A stretch of 64,000 nt of DNA from Centroscyllium fabricii. Its lineage: Eukaryota. Shown here one piece after another: positions 15,101 through 32,000 of the stretch (its first letter is position 1; every line of letters begins with the position of its first letter). The position numbers and the translations under genes were made by a program. The notes below the pieces were generated by a model, which saw only the letters and a program-made list of their open reading frames with translations, did not search any database and was not told where the DNA came from. Where the stretch lies: positions 308,264,001 through 308,328,000 of the forward strand of contig JBNRSN020000006.1 of the NCBI GenBank assembly GCA_051313645.2. Reading direction: 5' to 3'.

Positions 15101-18100
15101 TTATATTGATTCTCTCTCCTGTACTATATTCTATTATATTGATTCTCTCTCCTGTACTATATTCTATTATATTGATACTCTCTCCTGTACTATATTCTAC
15201 TATATTGATTCTCTCTCCTGTACTATAGTCTATTATATTGATTCTCTCCTGTACTATATTCTATTATGTTGATTCTCTCTGCTGTACTATATTCTATTAT
15301 ATGGACTCTCTCCTGTACTATGTTCTATTATATTGATTCTCTCTCCTGTACTATATTCTATTATGTTGATTCTCTCTCCTGTACTATATTCTATTATATT
15401 GATCCTCTCTCCTGTACTATATTCTATTATATTGATTCTCTCCTGTACTGTATTCTATTATATTGATTCTCACTCCTGTACTATATTCTATTATATTGAT
15501 TCTCTCCTGTACTATATTCTATTATATTGATTCTCTCCTGTACTATATTCTATTATATTGATTCACTCCTGTACTATATTCTATTATATTGATTCTCTCC
15601 TGTACTATATTCTATTATATTGATTATCTCTCCTGTACTATATTCTATTATATTGATTTTCTCCTGTACTATATTCTATTATATTGATTCTCTCCTGTAC
15701 TATATTCTATTATATTGATTCTCTCTCCTGTACTATATTCTATTTTATTGATTCTCTCTCCTGTACTATATTCTATTATGTTGATTCTCTCCTGTACTAT
15801 ATTCTATTATATTGACTCTCTCCTGTACTATATTCTATTATATTGACTCTCTCCTGTACTATATTCCATTATATTGATTCTCTCCTGTACTATATTCTAT
15901 TATATTGATTCTCTCCTGTACTATGTTCTATTATATTGATTCTCTCTCCTGTACTATATTCTATTATATTGATTCTCTCCTGTACTATATTCTATTATAT
16001 TGATTCTCTCTCCTGTACTATATTCGATTATATTGATTCTCTCCTGTACTATATTCCATTATATTGATTCTCTCCTGTACTATATTCTATTATATTGACT
16101 CTCTCCTGTACTATATTCCATTATATTGATTCTCTCCTGTACTATAATCTATTATATTGATTCTCTCCTGTACTATATTCTATTATATTGATTCTCTCCT
16201 GTACTATATTCTATTATATTGATTCTCTCCTGTACTATATTCTATTATATTGATTCTCTCTCCTGTACTATATTCTATTATATTGATTCTCTCCTGTACT
16301 ATATTCTATTCTATTGATTCTCTCCTGTACTATATTCTATTCTATTGATTCTCTCACCTGTACTATATTCTATTATATTGATTCTCTACTGTACTATATT
16401 CTATTATAATGATTCTCTCCTGTACTATATTCTATTATATTGATTCTCTCTCCTGTACTATATTCTATTATATTGATTCTCTCTCCTGTACTATATTCTA
16501 TTATATTGATTCTCTCTCCTGTACTATATTCTATTATATTGATTCTCTCTCCTGTACTATATTCTATTATACTGATTCTCTCCTGTACTATATTCTATTA
16601 TATTGATTCTCTCCTGTACTATATTCTATTATATTGATTCTCTCTCCTGTACTATATTTTATTATATTGACTCTCTCCTGTACTATATTCTATTATATTG
16701 ATTCTCTCCTGTACTATATTCTATTATATTGATTCTCTCTCCTGTACTATATTCTATTATATTGATTCACTCCTGTACTATATTCTATTATATTGATTCT
16801 CTCCTGTACTATATTCTATTATATTGATTTTCTCCTCTGTACTATATTCTATTATATTGATTCTCTCCTGTACTATATTCTATTATATTGATACTCTCTC
16901 CTGTACTATATTCTATTATATTGATTTTCTCTCCTGTACTATATTCTATTATATTGATTCTCTCCTGTACTATATTCTATTATATTGATTCTCTCTCCTG
17001 TACTATATTCTATTATATAGATTCTCTCTCCTGTACTATATTCTATTATATTGATTCTCTCTCCTGTACTATATTCTACTATATTGATTCTCTCTCCTGT
17101 ACTATAGTCTATTATATTGATTCTCTCCTGTACTATATTCTATTATATTGATTCTCTCCTGTACTATATTCTATTATATTGATTCTCTCCTGTACTATAT
17201 TCTATTATATTGATTCTCTCCTGTACTATATTCTATTATGTTGATTCCCTCCTGTACTATATTCTATTATATTGATTCTCTCTCCTGTACTATATTCTAT
17301 TATATTGATTCTCTCCTGTACTATATTCTATTATATTGATTCTCTCTCCTGTACTATATTCTATTATATTGATTCACTCCTGTACTATATTCTATTATAT
17401 TGATTCTCTCCTGTACTATATTCTATTATATTGATTTTCTCTCCTGTACTATATTCTATTATATTGATTCTCTCCTGTACTATATTCTATTATATTGATA
17501 CTCTCTCCTGTACTATATTCTATTATATTGATTTTCTCTCCTGTACTATATTCTATTATATTGATTCTCTCCTGTACTATATTCTATTATATTGATTCTC
17601 TCTCCTGCACTATATTCTATTATATTGATTCTCTCTCCTGTACTATATTCTACTATATTGATTCTCTCTCCTGTACTATAGTCTATTATATTGATTCTCT
17701 CCTGTACTATATTCTATTATGTTGATTCTCTCTGCTGTACTATATTCTATTATATGGACTCTCTCCTGTACTATATTCTATGATATTGATTCTCTCTCCT
17801 GTACTATATTCTATTATGTTGATTCTCTCTCCTGTACTATATTCTATTATATTGATCCTCTCTCCTGTATTATATTCTATTATATTGATTCTCTCCTGTA
17901 CTATATTATATTATATTGATTCTCTCTCCTGTACTATATTCTATTATATTGATTCTCTCCTGTACTATATTCTATTATATTGATTCTCTCCTGTACTATA
18001 TTCTATTATATTGATTCACTCCTGTACTATATTCTATTATATTGATTCTCTCCAGTACTATATTCTATTATATTGATTAACTCTCCTGTACTATATTCTA

Positions 18101-21100
18101 TTATATTGATTTTCTCCTGTACTATATTCTATTATATTGGTTCTCTCCTGTACTATATTCTATTGTATTGATTCTCTCTCCTGTACTATATTCTATTTTA
18201 TTGATTCTCTCTCCTGTACTATATTCTATTATGTTGATTCTCTCCTGTACTATATTCTATTATATTGACTCTCTCCTGTACTATATTCTATTATATTGAC
18301 TCTCTCCTGTACTATATTCTATTATATTGATTCTCTCTCCTGTACTATATTCCATTATATTGATTCTCTCCTGTACTATATTCTATTATATTGATTCTCT
18401 CCTGTACTATATTCTATTATATTGATTCTCTCTCCTGTACTATATTCTATTATATTGATTCTCTCCTGTACTATATTCTATTATATTGATTCTCTCTGCT
18501 GTACTATATTCGATTATATTGATTCTCTCCTGTACTTTATTCTATTATATTGATTCTCTCCTGTACTATATTCTTTTATATTGATTAACTCCTGTACTAT
18601 ATTCTATTATATTGATTCTCTCCTGTAGTATATTCTATTATATTGATTCTCTCCTGTACTATATTCTATTATATTGATTCTCTCTCCTGTACTATATTCT
18701 ATTATATTGATTCTCTCCTGTACTATATTCTATTATATTGATTCTCTCTCCTGTACTATATTCTATTATATTGATCCTCTCTCCTGTACTATATTCTATT
18801 ATATTGATTCTCTCCTGTACTATATTCTATTATATTGATTCTCTCTCCTGTACTATATTCTATTATATTGATTCTCCCTCCTGTACTATATTCTATTATA
18901 TTGATTCTCTCCTGTACTATATTCTATTATGTTGATTCTCTCCTGTACTATATTCTAATATATTGATTCTCTCTCCTGTACTATATTCTATTATATTGAT
19001 CCTCTCTCCTGTACTATATTCTATTATATTGATTCTCTCCTGTACTATATTCTATTACATTGATTCTCTCCTGTACTATATTCTATTATATTGATTCTCT
19101 CCTGTACTATATTCAATTATATTGATTCTCTACTGTACTATATTCTATTATATTGATTCTCTCTCCTGTACTATATTCTATTATATTGATTCTATCTCCT
19201 GTACTATATTCTATTATATTGATTCTCTCTCCTGTACTATATTCTATTATGTTGATTCCCTCCTGTACTATATTCTATTATATTGATTCTCTCTCCTGTA
19301 CTATATTGTATTATATTGATTCTCTCCTGTACTATATTCTATTATATTGATTCTCTCGCCTGTACTATATTCTATTATATTGATTCACTCCTGTACTATA
19401 TTCTATTATATTGATTCTCTCCTGTACTATATTCTATTATATTGATTTTCTCTCTTGTACTATATTCTATTATATTGATTCTCTCCTGTACTATATTCTA
19501 TTATATTGATACTCTCTCCTGTACTATATTCTATTATATTGATTTTCTCTCCTGTACTATATTCTATTATATTGATTCTCTCCTGTACTATGTTCTATTA
19601 TATTGATTCTCTCTCCTGTACTATATTCTATTATATTGATTCTCTCTCCTGTACTATATTCTATTATATTGATTCTCTCTCCTGTACTATATTCTACTAT
19701 ATTGATTCTCTCTCCTGTACTATAGTCTATTATATTGATTCTCTCCTGTACTATATTCTATTACGTTGATTCTCTCTGCTGTACTATATTCTATTATATG
19801 GACTCTCTCCTGTACTATATTCTATTATATTGATTCTCTCTCCTGTACTATATTCTATTATGTTGATTCTCTCTCCTGTACTATATTCTATTATATTGAT
19901 CCTCTCTCCTGTACTATATTCTATTATATTGATTCTCTCCTGTACTGTATTCTATTATATTGATTCTCACTCCTGTACTATATTCTATTATATTGATTCT
20001 CTCCTGTACTATATTCTATTATATTGATTCTCTCCTGTACTATATTCTATTATATTGATTCACTCCTGTACTATATTCTATTATATTGATTCTCTCCTGT
20101 ACTATATTCTATTATATTGATTATCTCTCCTGTACTATATTCTATTATATTGATTTTCTCCTGTACTATATTCTATTATATTGATTCTCTCCTGTACTAT
20201 ATTCTATTATATTGATTCTCTCTCCTGTACTATATTCTATTTTATTGATTCTCTCTCCTGTACTATATTCTATTATGTTGATTCTCTCCTGTACTATATT
20301 CTATTATATTGACTCTCTCCTGTACTATATTCTATTATATTGACTCTCTCCTGTACTATATTCCATTATATTGATTCTCTCCTGTACTATATTCTATTAT
20401 ATTGATTCTCTCCTGTACTATGTTCTATTATATTGATTCTCTCTCCTGTACTATATTCTATTATATTGATTCTCTCCTGTACTATATTCTATTATATTGA
20501 TTCTCTCTCCTGTACTATATTCGATTATATTGATTCTCTCCTGTACTATATTCCATTATATTGATTCTCTCCTGTAATATATTCTATTATATTGACTCTC
20601 TCCTGTACTATATTCCATTATATTGATTCTCTCCTGTACTATATTCTATTATATTGATTATCTCCTGTACTATATTCTATTATATTGATTCTCTCCTGTA
20701 CTATATTCTATTATATTGATTCTCTCCTGTACTATATTCTATTCTATTGATTCTCTCACCTGTACTATATTCTATTATATTGATTCTCTACTGTACTATA
20801 TTCTATTATAATGATTCTCTCCTGTACTATATTCTATTATATTGATTCTCTCTCCTGTACTATATTCTATTATATTGATTCTCTCTCCTGTACTATATTC
20901 TATTATATTGATTCTCTCTCCTGTACTATATTCTATTATATTGATTCTCTCTCCTGTACTATATTCTATTATACTGATTCTCTCCTGTACTATATTCTAT
21001 TATATTGATTCTCTCCTGTACTATATTCTATTATATTGATTCTCTCTCCTGTACTATATTTTATTATATTGACTCTCTCCTGTACTATATTCTATTATAT

Positions 21101-24100
21101 TGATTCTCTCCTGTACTATATTCTATTATATTGATTCTCTCTCCTGTACTATATTCTATTATATTGATTCACTCCTGTACTATATTCTATTATATTGATT
21201 CTCTCCTGTACTATATTCTATTATATTGATTTTCTCCTCTGTACTATATTCTATTATATTGATTCTCTCCTGTACTATATTCTATTATATTGATACTCTC
21301 TCCTGTACTATATTCTATTATATTGATTCTCTCTCCTGTACTATATTCTACTATATTGATTCTCTCTCCTGTACTATAGTCTATTATATTGATTCTCTCC
21401 TGTACTATATTCTATTATATTGATTCACGCCTGTACTATATTCTATTATATTGATTCTCTCCTGTACTATATTCTATTATATTGATTATCTCTCCTGTAC
21501 TATATTCTATTATATTGATTTTCTCCTGTACTATATTCTATTATATTGATTCTCTCCTGTACTATATTCTGTTATATTGATTCTCTCTCCTGTACTATAT
21601 TCTATTTTATTGATTCTCTCTCCTGTACTATATTCTATTATGTTGATTCTCTCCTGTACTATATTCTATTATGTTGATTCTCTCTCCTGTACTATATTCT
21701 ATTATATTGATCCTCTCTCCTGTACTATATTCTATTATATTGATTCTCTCCTGTACTATATTCTATTATATTGATTCTCTCTCCTGTACTATATTCTATT
21801 ATATTGATTCTCTCCTGTACTATATTCTATTATATTGATTCTCTCCTGTACTATATTCTATTATATTGATTCTCTCCTGTACTATATTCTATTATGTTGA
21901 TTCCCTCCTGTACTATATTCTATTATATTGATTCTCACTCCTGTACTATATTCTATTATATTGATTCTCTCCTGTACTATATTCTATTATATTGATTCTC
22001 TCTCCTGTACTATATTCTATTATATTGATTCACTCCTGTACTATATTCTATTATATTGATTCTCTCCTGTACTATATTCTATTATATTGATTTTCTCTCC
22101 TGTACTATATTCTATTATATTGATTCTCTCCTGTACTATATTCTATTATATTGATACTCTCTCCTGTACTATATTCTATTATATTGATTTTCTCTCCTGT
22201 ACTATATTCTATTATATTGATTCTCTCCTGTACTATATTCTATTATATTGATTCTCTCTCCTGCACTATATTCTATTATATTGATTCTCTCTCCTGTACT
22301 ATATTCTACTATATTGATTCTCTCTCCTGTACTATAGTCTATTATATTGATTCTCTCCTGTACTATATTCTATTATGTTGATTCTCTCTGCTGTACTATA
22401 TTCTATTATATGGACTCTCTCCTGTACTATATTCTATGATATTGATTCTCTCTCCTGTACTATATTCTATTATGTTGATTCTCTCTCCTGTACTATATTC
22501 TATTATATTGATCCTCTCTCCTGTATTATATTCTATTATATTGATTCTCTCCTGTACTATATTATATTATATTGATTCTCTCTCCTGTACTATATTCTAT
22601 TATATTGATTCTCTCCTGTACTATATTCTATTATATTGATTCTCTCCTGTACTATATTCTATTATATTGATTCACTCCTGTACTATATTCTATTATATTG
22701 ATTCTCTCCAGTACTATATTCTATTATATTGATTATCTCTCCTGTACTATATTCTATTATATTGATTTTCTCCTGTACTATATTCTATTATATTGGTTCT
22801 CTCCTGTACTATATTCTATTATATTGATTCTCTCTCCTGTACTATATTCTATTTTATTGATTCTCTCTCCTGTACTATATTCTATTATGTTGATTCTCTC
22901 CTGTACTATATTCTATTATATTGACTCTCTCCTGTACTATATTCTATTATATTGACTCTCTCCTGTACTATATTCTATTATATTGATTCTCTCTCCTGTA
23001 CTATATTCCATTATATTGATTCTCTCCTGTACTATATTCTATTATATTGATTCTCTCCTGTACTATATTCTATTATATTGATTCTCTCTCCTGTACTATA
23101 TTCTATTATATTGATTCTCTCCTGTACTATATTCTATTATATTGATTCTCTCTCCTGTACTATATTCGATTATATTGATTCTCTCCTGTACTTTATTCTA
23201 TTATATTGATTCTCTCCTGTACTATATTCTTTTATATTGATTAACTCCTGTACTATATTCTATTATATTGATTCTCTCCTGTAGTATATTCTATTATATT
23301 GATTCTCTCCTGTACTATATTCTATTATATTGATTCTCTCTCCTGTACTATATTCTATTATATTGATTCTCTCCTGTACTATATTCTATTATATTGATTC
23401 TCTCTCCTGTACTATATTCTATTATATTGATCCTCTCTCCTGTACTATATTCTATTATATTGATTCTCTCCTGTACTATATTCTATTATATTGATTCTCT
23501 CTCCTGTACTATATTCTATTATATTGATTCTCCCTCCTGTACTATATTCTATTATATTGATTCTCTCCTGTACTATATTCTATTATGTTGATTCTCTCCT
23601 GTACTATATTCTAATATATTGATTCTCTCTCCTGTACTATATTCTATTATATTGATCCTCTCTCCTGTACTATATTCTATTATATTGATTCTCTCCTGTA
23701 CTATATTCTATTACATTGATTCTCTCCTGTAGTATATTCTATTATATTGATTCTCTCCTGTACTATATTCAATTATATTGATTCTCTAATGTACTATATT
23801 CTATTATATTGATTCTCTCTCCTGTACTATATTCTATTATATTGATTCTATCTCCTGTACTATATTCTATTATATTGATTCTCTCTCCTGTACTATATTC
23901 TATTATGTTGATTCCCTCCTGTACTATATTCTATTATATCGATTCTCTCTCCTGTACTATATTCTATTATATTGATTCTCTCCTGTACTATATTCTATTA
24001 TATTGATTCTCTCGCCTGTACTATATTCTATTATATTGATTCACTCCTGTACTATATTCTATTATATTGATTCTCTCCTGTACTATATTCTATTATATTG

Positions 24101-26019
24101 ATTTTCTCTCTTGTACTATATTCTATTATATTGATTCTCTCCTGTACTATATTCTATTATATTGATACTCTCTCCTGTACTATATTCTATTATATTGATT
24201 TTCTCTCCTGTACTATATTCTATTATATTGATTCTCTCCTGTACTATGTTCTATTATATTGATTCTCTCTCCTGTACTATATTCTATTATATTGATTCTC
24301 TCTCCTGTACTATATTCTATTATATTGATTCTCTCTCCTGTACTATATTCTACTATATTGATTCTCTCTCCTGTACTATAGTCTATTATATTGATTCGCT
24401 CCTGTACTATATTCTATTATGTTGATTCTCTCTGCTGTACTATATTCTATTATATGGACTCTCTCCTGTACTATATTCTATTATATTGATTCTCTCTCCT
24501 GTACTATATTCTATTATGTTGATTCTCTCTCCTGTACTATATTCTATTATATTGATCCTCTCTCCTGTACTATATTCTATTATATTGATTCTCTCCTGTA
24601 CTGTATTCTATTATATTGATTCTCTCTCCTGTACTATATTCTATTATATTGATTCTCTCCTGTACTATATTCTATTATATTGATTCTCTCCTGTACTATA
24701 TTCTATTATATTGATTCACTCCTGTACTATATTCTATTATATTGATTCTCTCCTGTACTATATTCTATTATATTGATTATCTCTCCTGTACTATATTCTA
24801 TTATATTGATTTTCTCCTGTACTATATTCTATTATATTGATTCTCTCCTGTACTATATTCTATTATATTGATTCTCTCTCCTGTACTATATTCTATTTTA
24901 TTGATTCTCTCTCCTGTACTATATTCTATTATGTTGATTCTCTCCTGTACTATATTCTATTATATTGACTCTCTCCTGTACTATATTCTATTATATTGAC
25001 TCTCTCCTGTACTATATTCCATTATATTGATTCTCTCCTGTACTATATTCTATTATATTGATTCTCTCCTGTACTATGTTCTATTATATTGATTCTCTCT
25101 CCTGTACTATATTCTATTATATTGATTCTCTCCTGTACTATATTCTATTATATTGATTCTCTCTCCTGTACTATATTCGATTATATTGATTCTCTCCTGT
25201 ACTATATTCCATTATATTGATTCTCTCCTGTACTATATTCTATTATATTGACTCTCTCCTGTACTATATTCCATTATATTGATTCTCTCCTGTACTATAT
25301 TCTATTATATTGATTCTCTCCTGTACTATATTCTATTATATTGATTCTCTCCTGTACTATATTCTATTATATTGATTCTCTCCTGTACTATATTCTATTA
25401 TATTGATACTCTCTCCTGTACTATATTCTATTATATTGATTTTCTCTCCTGTACTATATTCTATTATATTGATTCTCTCCTGTACTATATTCTATTATAT
25501 TGATTCTCTCTCCTGCACTATATTCTATTATATTGATTCTCTCTCCTGTACTATATTCTACTATATTGATTCTCTCTCCTGTACTATAGTCTATTATATT
25601 GATTCTCTACTGTACTATATTCTATTATGTTGATTCTCTCTGCTGTACTATATTCTATTATATGGACTCTCTCCTGTACTATATTCTATGATATTGATTC
25701 TCTCTCCTGTACTATATTCTATTATGTTGATTCTCTCTCCTGTACTATATTCTATTATATTGATCCTCTCTCCTGTATTATATTCTATTATATTGATTCT
25801 CTCCTGTACTATATTATATTATATTGATTCTCTCTCCTGTACTATATTCTATTATATTGATTCTCTCCTGTACTATATTCTATTATATTGATTCTCTCCT
25901 GTACTATATTCTATTATATTGATTCACTCCTGTACTATATTCTATTATATTGATTCTCTCCAGTACTATATTCTATTATATTGATTATCTCTCCTGTACT
26001 ATATTCTATTATATTGATT

Positions 26020-29000
26020 TTCTCCTGTACTATATTCTATTATATTGGTTCTCTCCTGTACTATATTCTATTATATTGATTCTCTCTCCTGTACTATATT
26101 CTATTTTATTGATTCTCTCTCCTGTACTATATTCTATTATGTTGATTCTCTCTGCTGTACCATATTCTATTATATGGACTCTCTCCTGTACTATATTCTA
26201 TTATATTGACTCTCTCCTGTACTATATTCTATTATATTGATTCTCTCTCCTGTACTATATTCCATTATATTGATTCTCTCCTGTACTATATTCTATTATA
26301 TTGATTCTCTCCTGTACTATATTCTATTATATTGATTCTCTCTCCTGTACTATATTCTATTATATTGATTCTCTCCTGTACTATATTCTATTATATTGAT
26401 TCTCTCTCCTGTACTATATTCGATTATATTGATTCTCTCCTGTACTTTATTCTATTATATTGATTCTCTCCTGTACTATATTCTTTTATATTGATTAACT
26501 CCTGTACTATATTCTATTATATTGATTCTCTCCTGTAGTATATTCTATTATATTGATTCTCTCCTGTACTATATTCTATTATATTGATTCTCTCTCCTGT
26601 ACTATATTCTATTATATTGATTCTCTCCTGTACTATATTCTATTATATTGATTCTCTCTCCTGTACTATATTCTATTATATTGATCCTCTCTCCTGTACT
26701 ATATTCTATTATATTGATTCTCTCCTGTACTATATTCTATTATATTGATTCTCTCTCCTGTACTATATTCTATTATATTGATTCTCCCTCCTGTACTATA
26801 TTCTATTATATTGATTCTCTCCTGTACTATATTCTATTATGTTGATTCTCTCCTGTACTATATTCTAATATATTGATTCTCTCTCCTGTACTATATTCTA
26901 TTATATTGATCCTCTCTCCTGTACTATATTCTATTATATTGATTCTCTCCTGTACTATATTCTATTACATTGATTCTCTCCTGTAGTATATTCTATTATA
27001 TTGATTCTCTCCTGTACTATATTCAATTATATTGATTCTCTAATGTACTATATTCTATTATATTGATTCTCTCTCCTGTACTATATTCTATTATATTGAT
27101 TCTATCTCCTGTACTATATTCTATTATATTGATTCTCTCTCCTGTACTATATTCTATTATGTTGATTCCCTCCTGTACTATATTCTATTATATCGATTCT
27201 CTCTCCTGTACTATATTCTATTATATTGATTCTCTCCTGTACTATATTCTATTATATTGATTCTCTCGCCTGTACTATATTCTATTATATTGATTCACTC
27301 CTGTACTATATTCTATTATATTGATTCTCTCCTGTACTATATTCTATTATATTGATTTTCTCTCTTGTACTATATTCTATTATATTGATTCTCTCCTGTA
27401 CTATATTCTATTATATTGATACTCTCTCCTGTACTATATTCTATTATATTGATTTTCTCTCCTGTACTATATTCTATTATATTGATTCTCTCCTGTACTA
27501 TGTTCTATTATATTGATTCTCTCTCCTGTACTATATTCTATTATATTGATTCTCTCTCCTGTACTATATTCTATTATATTGATTCTCTCTCCTGTACTAT
27601 ATTCTACTATATTGATTCTCTCTCCTGTACTATAGTCTATTATATTGATTCGCTCCTGTGCTATATTCTATTATGTTGATTCTCTCTGCTGTACTATATT
27701 CTATTATATGGACTCTCCCCTGTACTATATTCTATTATATTGATTCTCTCTCCTGTACTATATTCTATTATGTTGATTCTCTCTCCTGTACTATATTCTA
27801 TTATATTGATCCTCTCTCCTGTACTATATTCTATTATATTGATTCTCTCCTGTACTGTATTCTATTATATTGATTCTCTCTCCTGTACTATATTCTATTA
27901 TATTGATTCTCTCCTGTACTATATTCTATTATATTGATTCTCTCCTGTACTATATTCTATTATATTGATTCACTCCTGTACTATATTCTATTATATTGAT
28001 TCTCTCCTGTACTATATTCTATTATATTGATTATCTCTCCTGTACTATATTCTATTATATTGATTTTCTCCTGTACTATATTCTATTATATTGATTCTCT
28101 CCTGTACTATATTCTATTATATTGATTCTCTCTCCTGTACTATATTCTATTTTATTGATTCTCTCTCCTGTACTATATTCTATTATGTTGATTCTCTCCT
28201 GTACTATATTCTATTATATTGACTCTCTCCTGTACTATATTCTATTATATTGACTCTCTCCTGTACTATTTTCCATTATATTGATTCTCTCCTGTACTAT
28301 ATTCTATTATATTGATTCTCTCCTGTACTATGTTCTATTATATTGATTCTCTCTCCTGTACTATATTCTATTATATTGATTCTCTCCTGTACTATATTCT
28401 ATTATATTGATTCTCTCTCCTGTACTATATTCGATTATATTGATTCTCTCCTGTACTATATTCCATTATATTGATTCTCTCCTGTACTATATTCTATTAT
28501 ATTGACTCTCTCCTGTACTATATTCCATTATATTGATTCTCTCCTGTACTATATTCTATTATATTGATTCTCTCCTGTACTATATTCTATTATATTGATT
28601 CTCTCCTGTACTATATTCTATTATATTGATTCTCTCCTGTACTATATTCTATTATATTGATTCTCTCTCCTGTACTATATTCTATTATATTGATTCTCTC
28701 CTGTACTATATTCTATTCTATTGATTCTCTCCTGTACTATATTCTATTCCATTGATTCTCTCACCTGTACTATATTCTATTATATTGATTCTCTACTGTA
28801 CTATATTCTATTATAATGATTCTCTCCTGTACTATATTCTATTATATTGATTCTCTCTCCTGTACTATATTTTATTATATTGATTCTCTCTCCTGTACTA
28901 TATTCTATTATATTGACTCTCTCTCCTGTACTATATTCTATTATATTGATTCTCTCTCCTGTACTATATTCTATTATACTGATTCTCTCCTGTACTATAT

Positions 29001-32000
29001 TCTATTATATTGATTCTCTCCTGTACTATATTCTATTATATTGATTCTCTCTCCTGTACTATATTTTATTATATTGACTCTCTCGTGTACTATATTCTAT
29101 TATATTGATTCTCTCCTGTACTATATTCTATTATATTGATTCTCTCTCCTGTACTATATTCTATTATATTGATTCACTCCTGTACTATATTCTATTATAT
29201 TGATTCTCTCCTGTACTATATTCTATTATATTGATTTTCTCCTCTGTACTATATTCTATTATATTGATTCTCTCCTGTACTATATTCTATTATATTGATA
29301 CTCTCTCCTGTACTATATTCTATTATATTGATTTTCTCTCCTGTACTATATTCTATAATATTGATTCTCTCCTGTACTATATTCTATTATATTGATTCTC
29401 TCTCCTGTACTATATTCTATTATATTGATTCTCTCTCCTGTACTATATTCTATTATATTGATTCTCTCTCCTGTACTATATTCTACTATATTGATTCTCT
29501 CTCCTGTACTATAGTCTATTATATTGATTCTCTCCTGTACTATATTCTATTATGTTGATTCTCTCTGCTGTACTATATTCTATTATATGGACTCTCTCCT
29601 GTACTATATTCTATTATATTGATTCTCTCTCCTGTACTATATTCTATTATGTTGATTCTCTCTCCTGTACTATATTCTATTATATTGATCCTCTCTCCTG
29701 TACTATATTCTATTATTTTGATTCTCTCCTGTACTATATTCTATTATATTGATTCTCTCTCCTGTACTATATTCTATTATATTGATTCTCTCCTGTACTA
29801 TATTCTATTATATTGATTCTCTCCTGTACTATATTCTATTATATTGATTAACGCCTGTACTATATTCTATTATATTGATTCTCTCCTGTACTATATTCTA
29901 TTATATTGATTATCTCTCCTGTACTATATTCTATTATATTGATTTTCTCCTGTACTATATTCTATTATATTGATTCTCTCCTGTACTATATTCTATTATA
30001 TTGATTCTCTCTCCTGTACTATATTCTATTTTATTGATTCTCTCTCCTGTACTATATTCTATTATGTTGATTCTCTCCTGTACTATATTCTATTATGTTG
30101 ATTCTCTCTCCTGTACTATATTCTATTATATTGATCCTCTCTCCTGTACTATATTCTATTATATTGATTCTCTCCTGTACTATATTCTATTATATTGATT
30201 CTCTCTCCTGTACTATATTCTATTATATTGATTCTCTCCTGTACTATATTCTATTATATTGATTCTCTCCTGTACTATATTCTATTATATTGATTCTCTC
30301 CTGTACTATATTCTATTATGTTGATTCCCTCCTGTACTATATTCTATTATATTGATTCTCTCTCCTGTACTATATTCTATTATATTGATTCTCTCCTGTA
30401 CTATACTCTATTATATTGATTCTCTCTCCTGTACTATATTCTATTATATTGATTCACTCCTGTACTATATTCTATTATATTGATTCTCTCCTGTACTATA
30501 TTCTATTATATTGATTTTCTCTCCTGTACTATATTCTATTATATTGATTCTCTCCTGTACTATATTCTATTATATTGATACTCTCTCCTGTACTATATTC
30601 TATTATATTGATTTTCTCTCCTGTACTATATTCTATTATATGGATTCTCTCCTGTACTATATTCTATTATATTGATTCTCTCTCCTGCACTATATTCTAT
30701 TATATTGATTCTCTCTCCTGTACTATATTCTATTATATTGATTCTCTCTCCTGTACTATATTCTACTATATTGATTCTCTCTCCTGTACTATAGTCTATT
30801 ATACTGATTCTCTCCTGTACTATATTCTATTATGTTGATTCTCTCTGCTGTACTATATTCTATTATATGGACTCTCTCCTGTACTATATTCTATGATATT
30901 GATTCTCTCTCCTGTACTATATTCTATTATGTTGATTCTCTCTCCTGTACTATATTCTATTATATTGATCCTCTCTCCTGTATTATATTCTATTATATTG
31001 ATTCTCTCCTGTACTATATTATATTATATTGATTCTCTCTCCTGTACTATATTCTATTATATTGATTCTCTCCTGTACTATATTCTATTATATTGATTCT
31101 CTCCTGTACTATATTCTATTATATTGATTCACTCCTGTACTATATTCTATTATATTGATTCTCTCCAGTACTATATTCTATTATATTGATTATCTCTCCT
31201 GTAATATATTCTATTATATTGATTTTCTCCTGTACTATATTCTATTATATTGGTTCTCTCCTGTACTATATTCTATTATATTGATTCTCTCTCCTGTACT
31301 ATATTCTATTTTATTGATTCTCTCTCCTGTACTATATTCTATTATGTTGATTCTCTCCTGTACTATATTCTATTATATTGACTCTCTCCTGTACTATATT
31401 CTATTATATTGACTCTCTCCTGTACTATATTCTATTATATTGATTCTCTCCTGTACTATATTCTATTATATTGGTTCTCTCCTGTACTATATTCTATTAT
31501 ATTGATTCTCTCTCCTGTACTATATTCTATTTTATTGATTCTCTCTCCTGTACTATATTCTATTATGTTGATTCTCTCTGCTGTACCATATTCTATTATA
31601 TGGACTCTCTCCTGTACTATATTCTATTATATTGACTCTCTCCTGTACTATATTCTATTATATTGATTCTCTCTCCTGTACTATATTCCATTATATTGAT
31701 TCTCTCCTGTACTATATTCTATTATATTGATTCTCTCCTGTACTATATTCTATTATATTGATTCTCTCTCCTGTACTATATTCTATTATATTGATTCTCT
31801 CCTGTACTATATTCTATTATATTGATTCTCTCTCCTGTACTATATTCGATTATATTGATTCTCTCCTGTACTTTATTTTATTATATTGATTCTCTCCTGT
31901 ACTATATTCTTTTATATTGATTAACTCCTGTACTATATTCTATTATATTGATTCTCTCCTGTAGTATATTCTATTATATTGATTCTCTCCTGTACTATAT

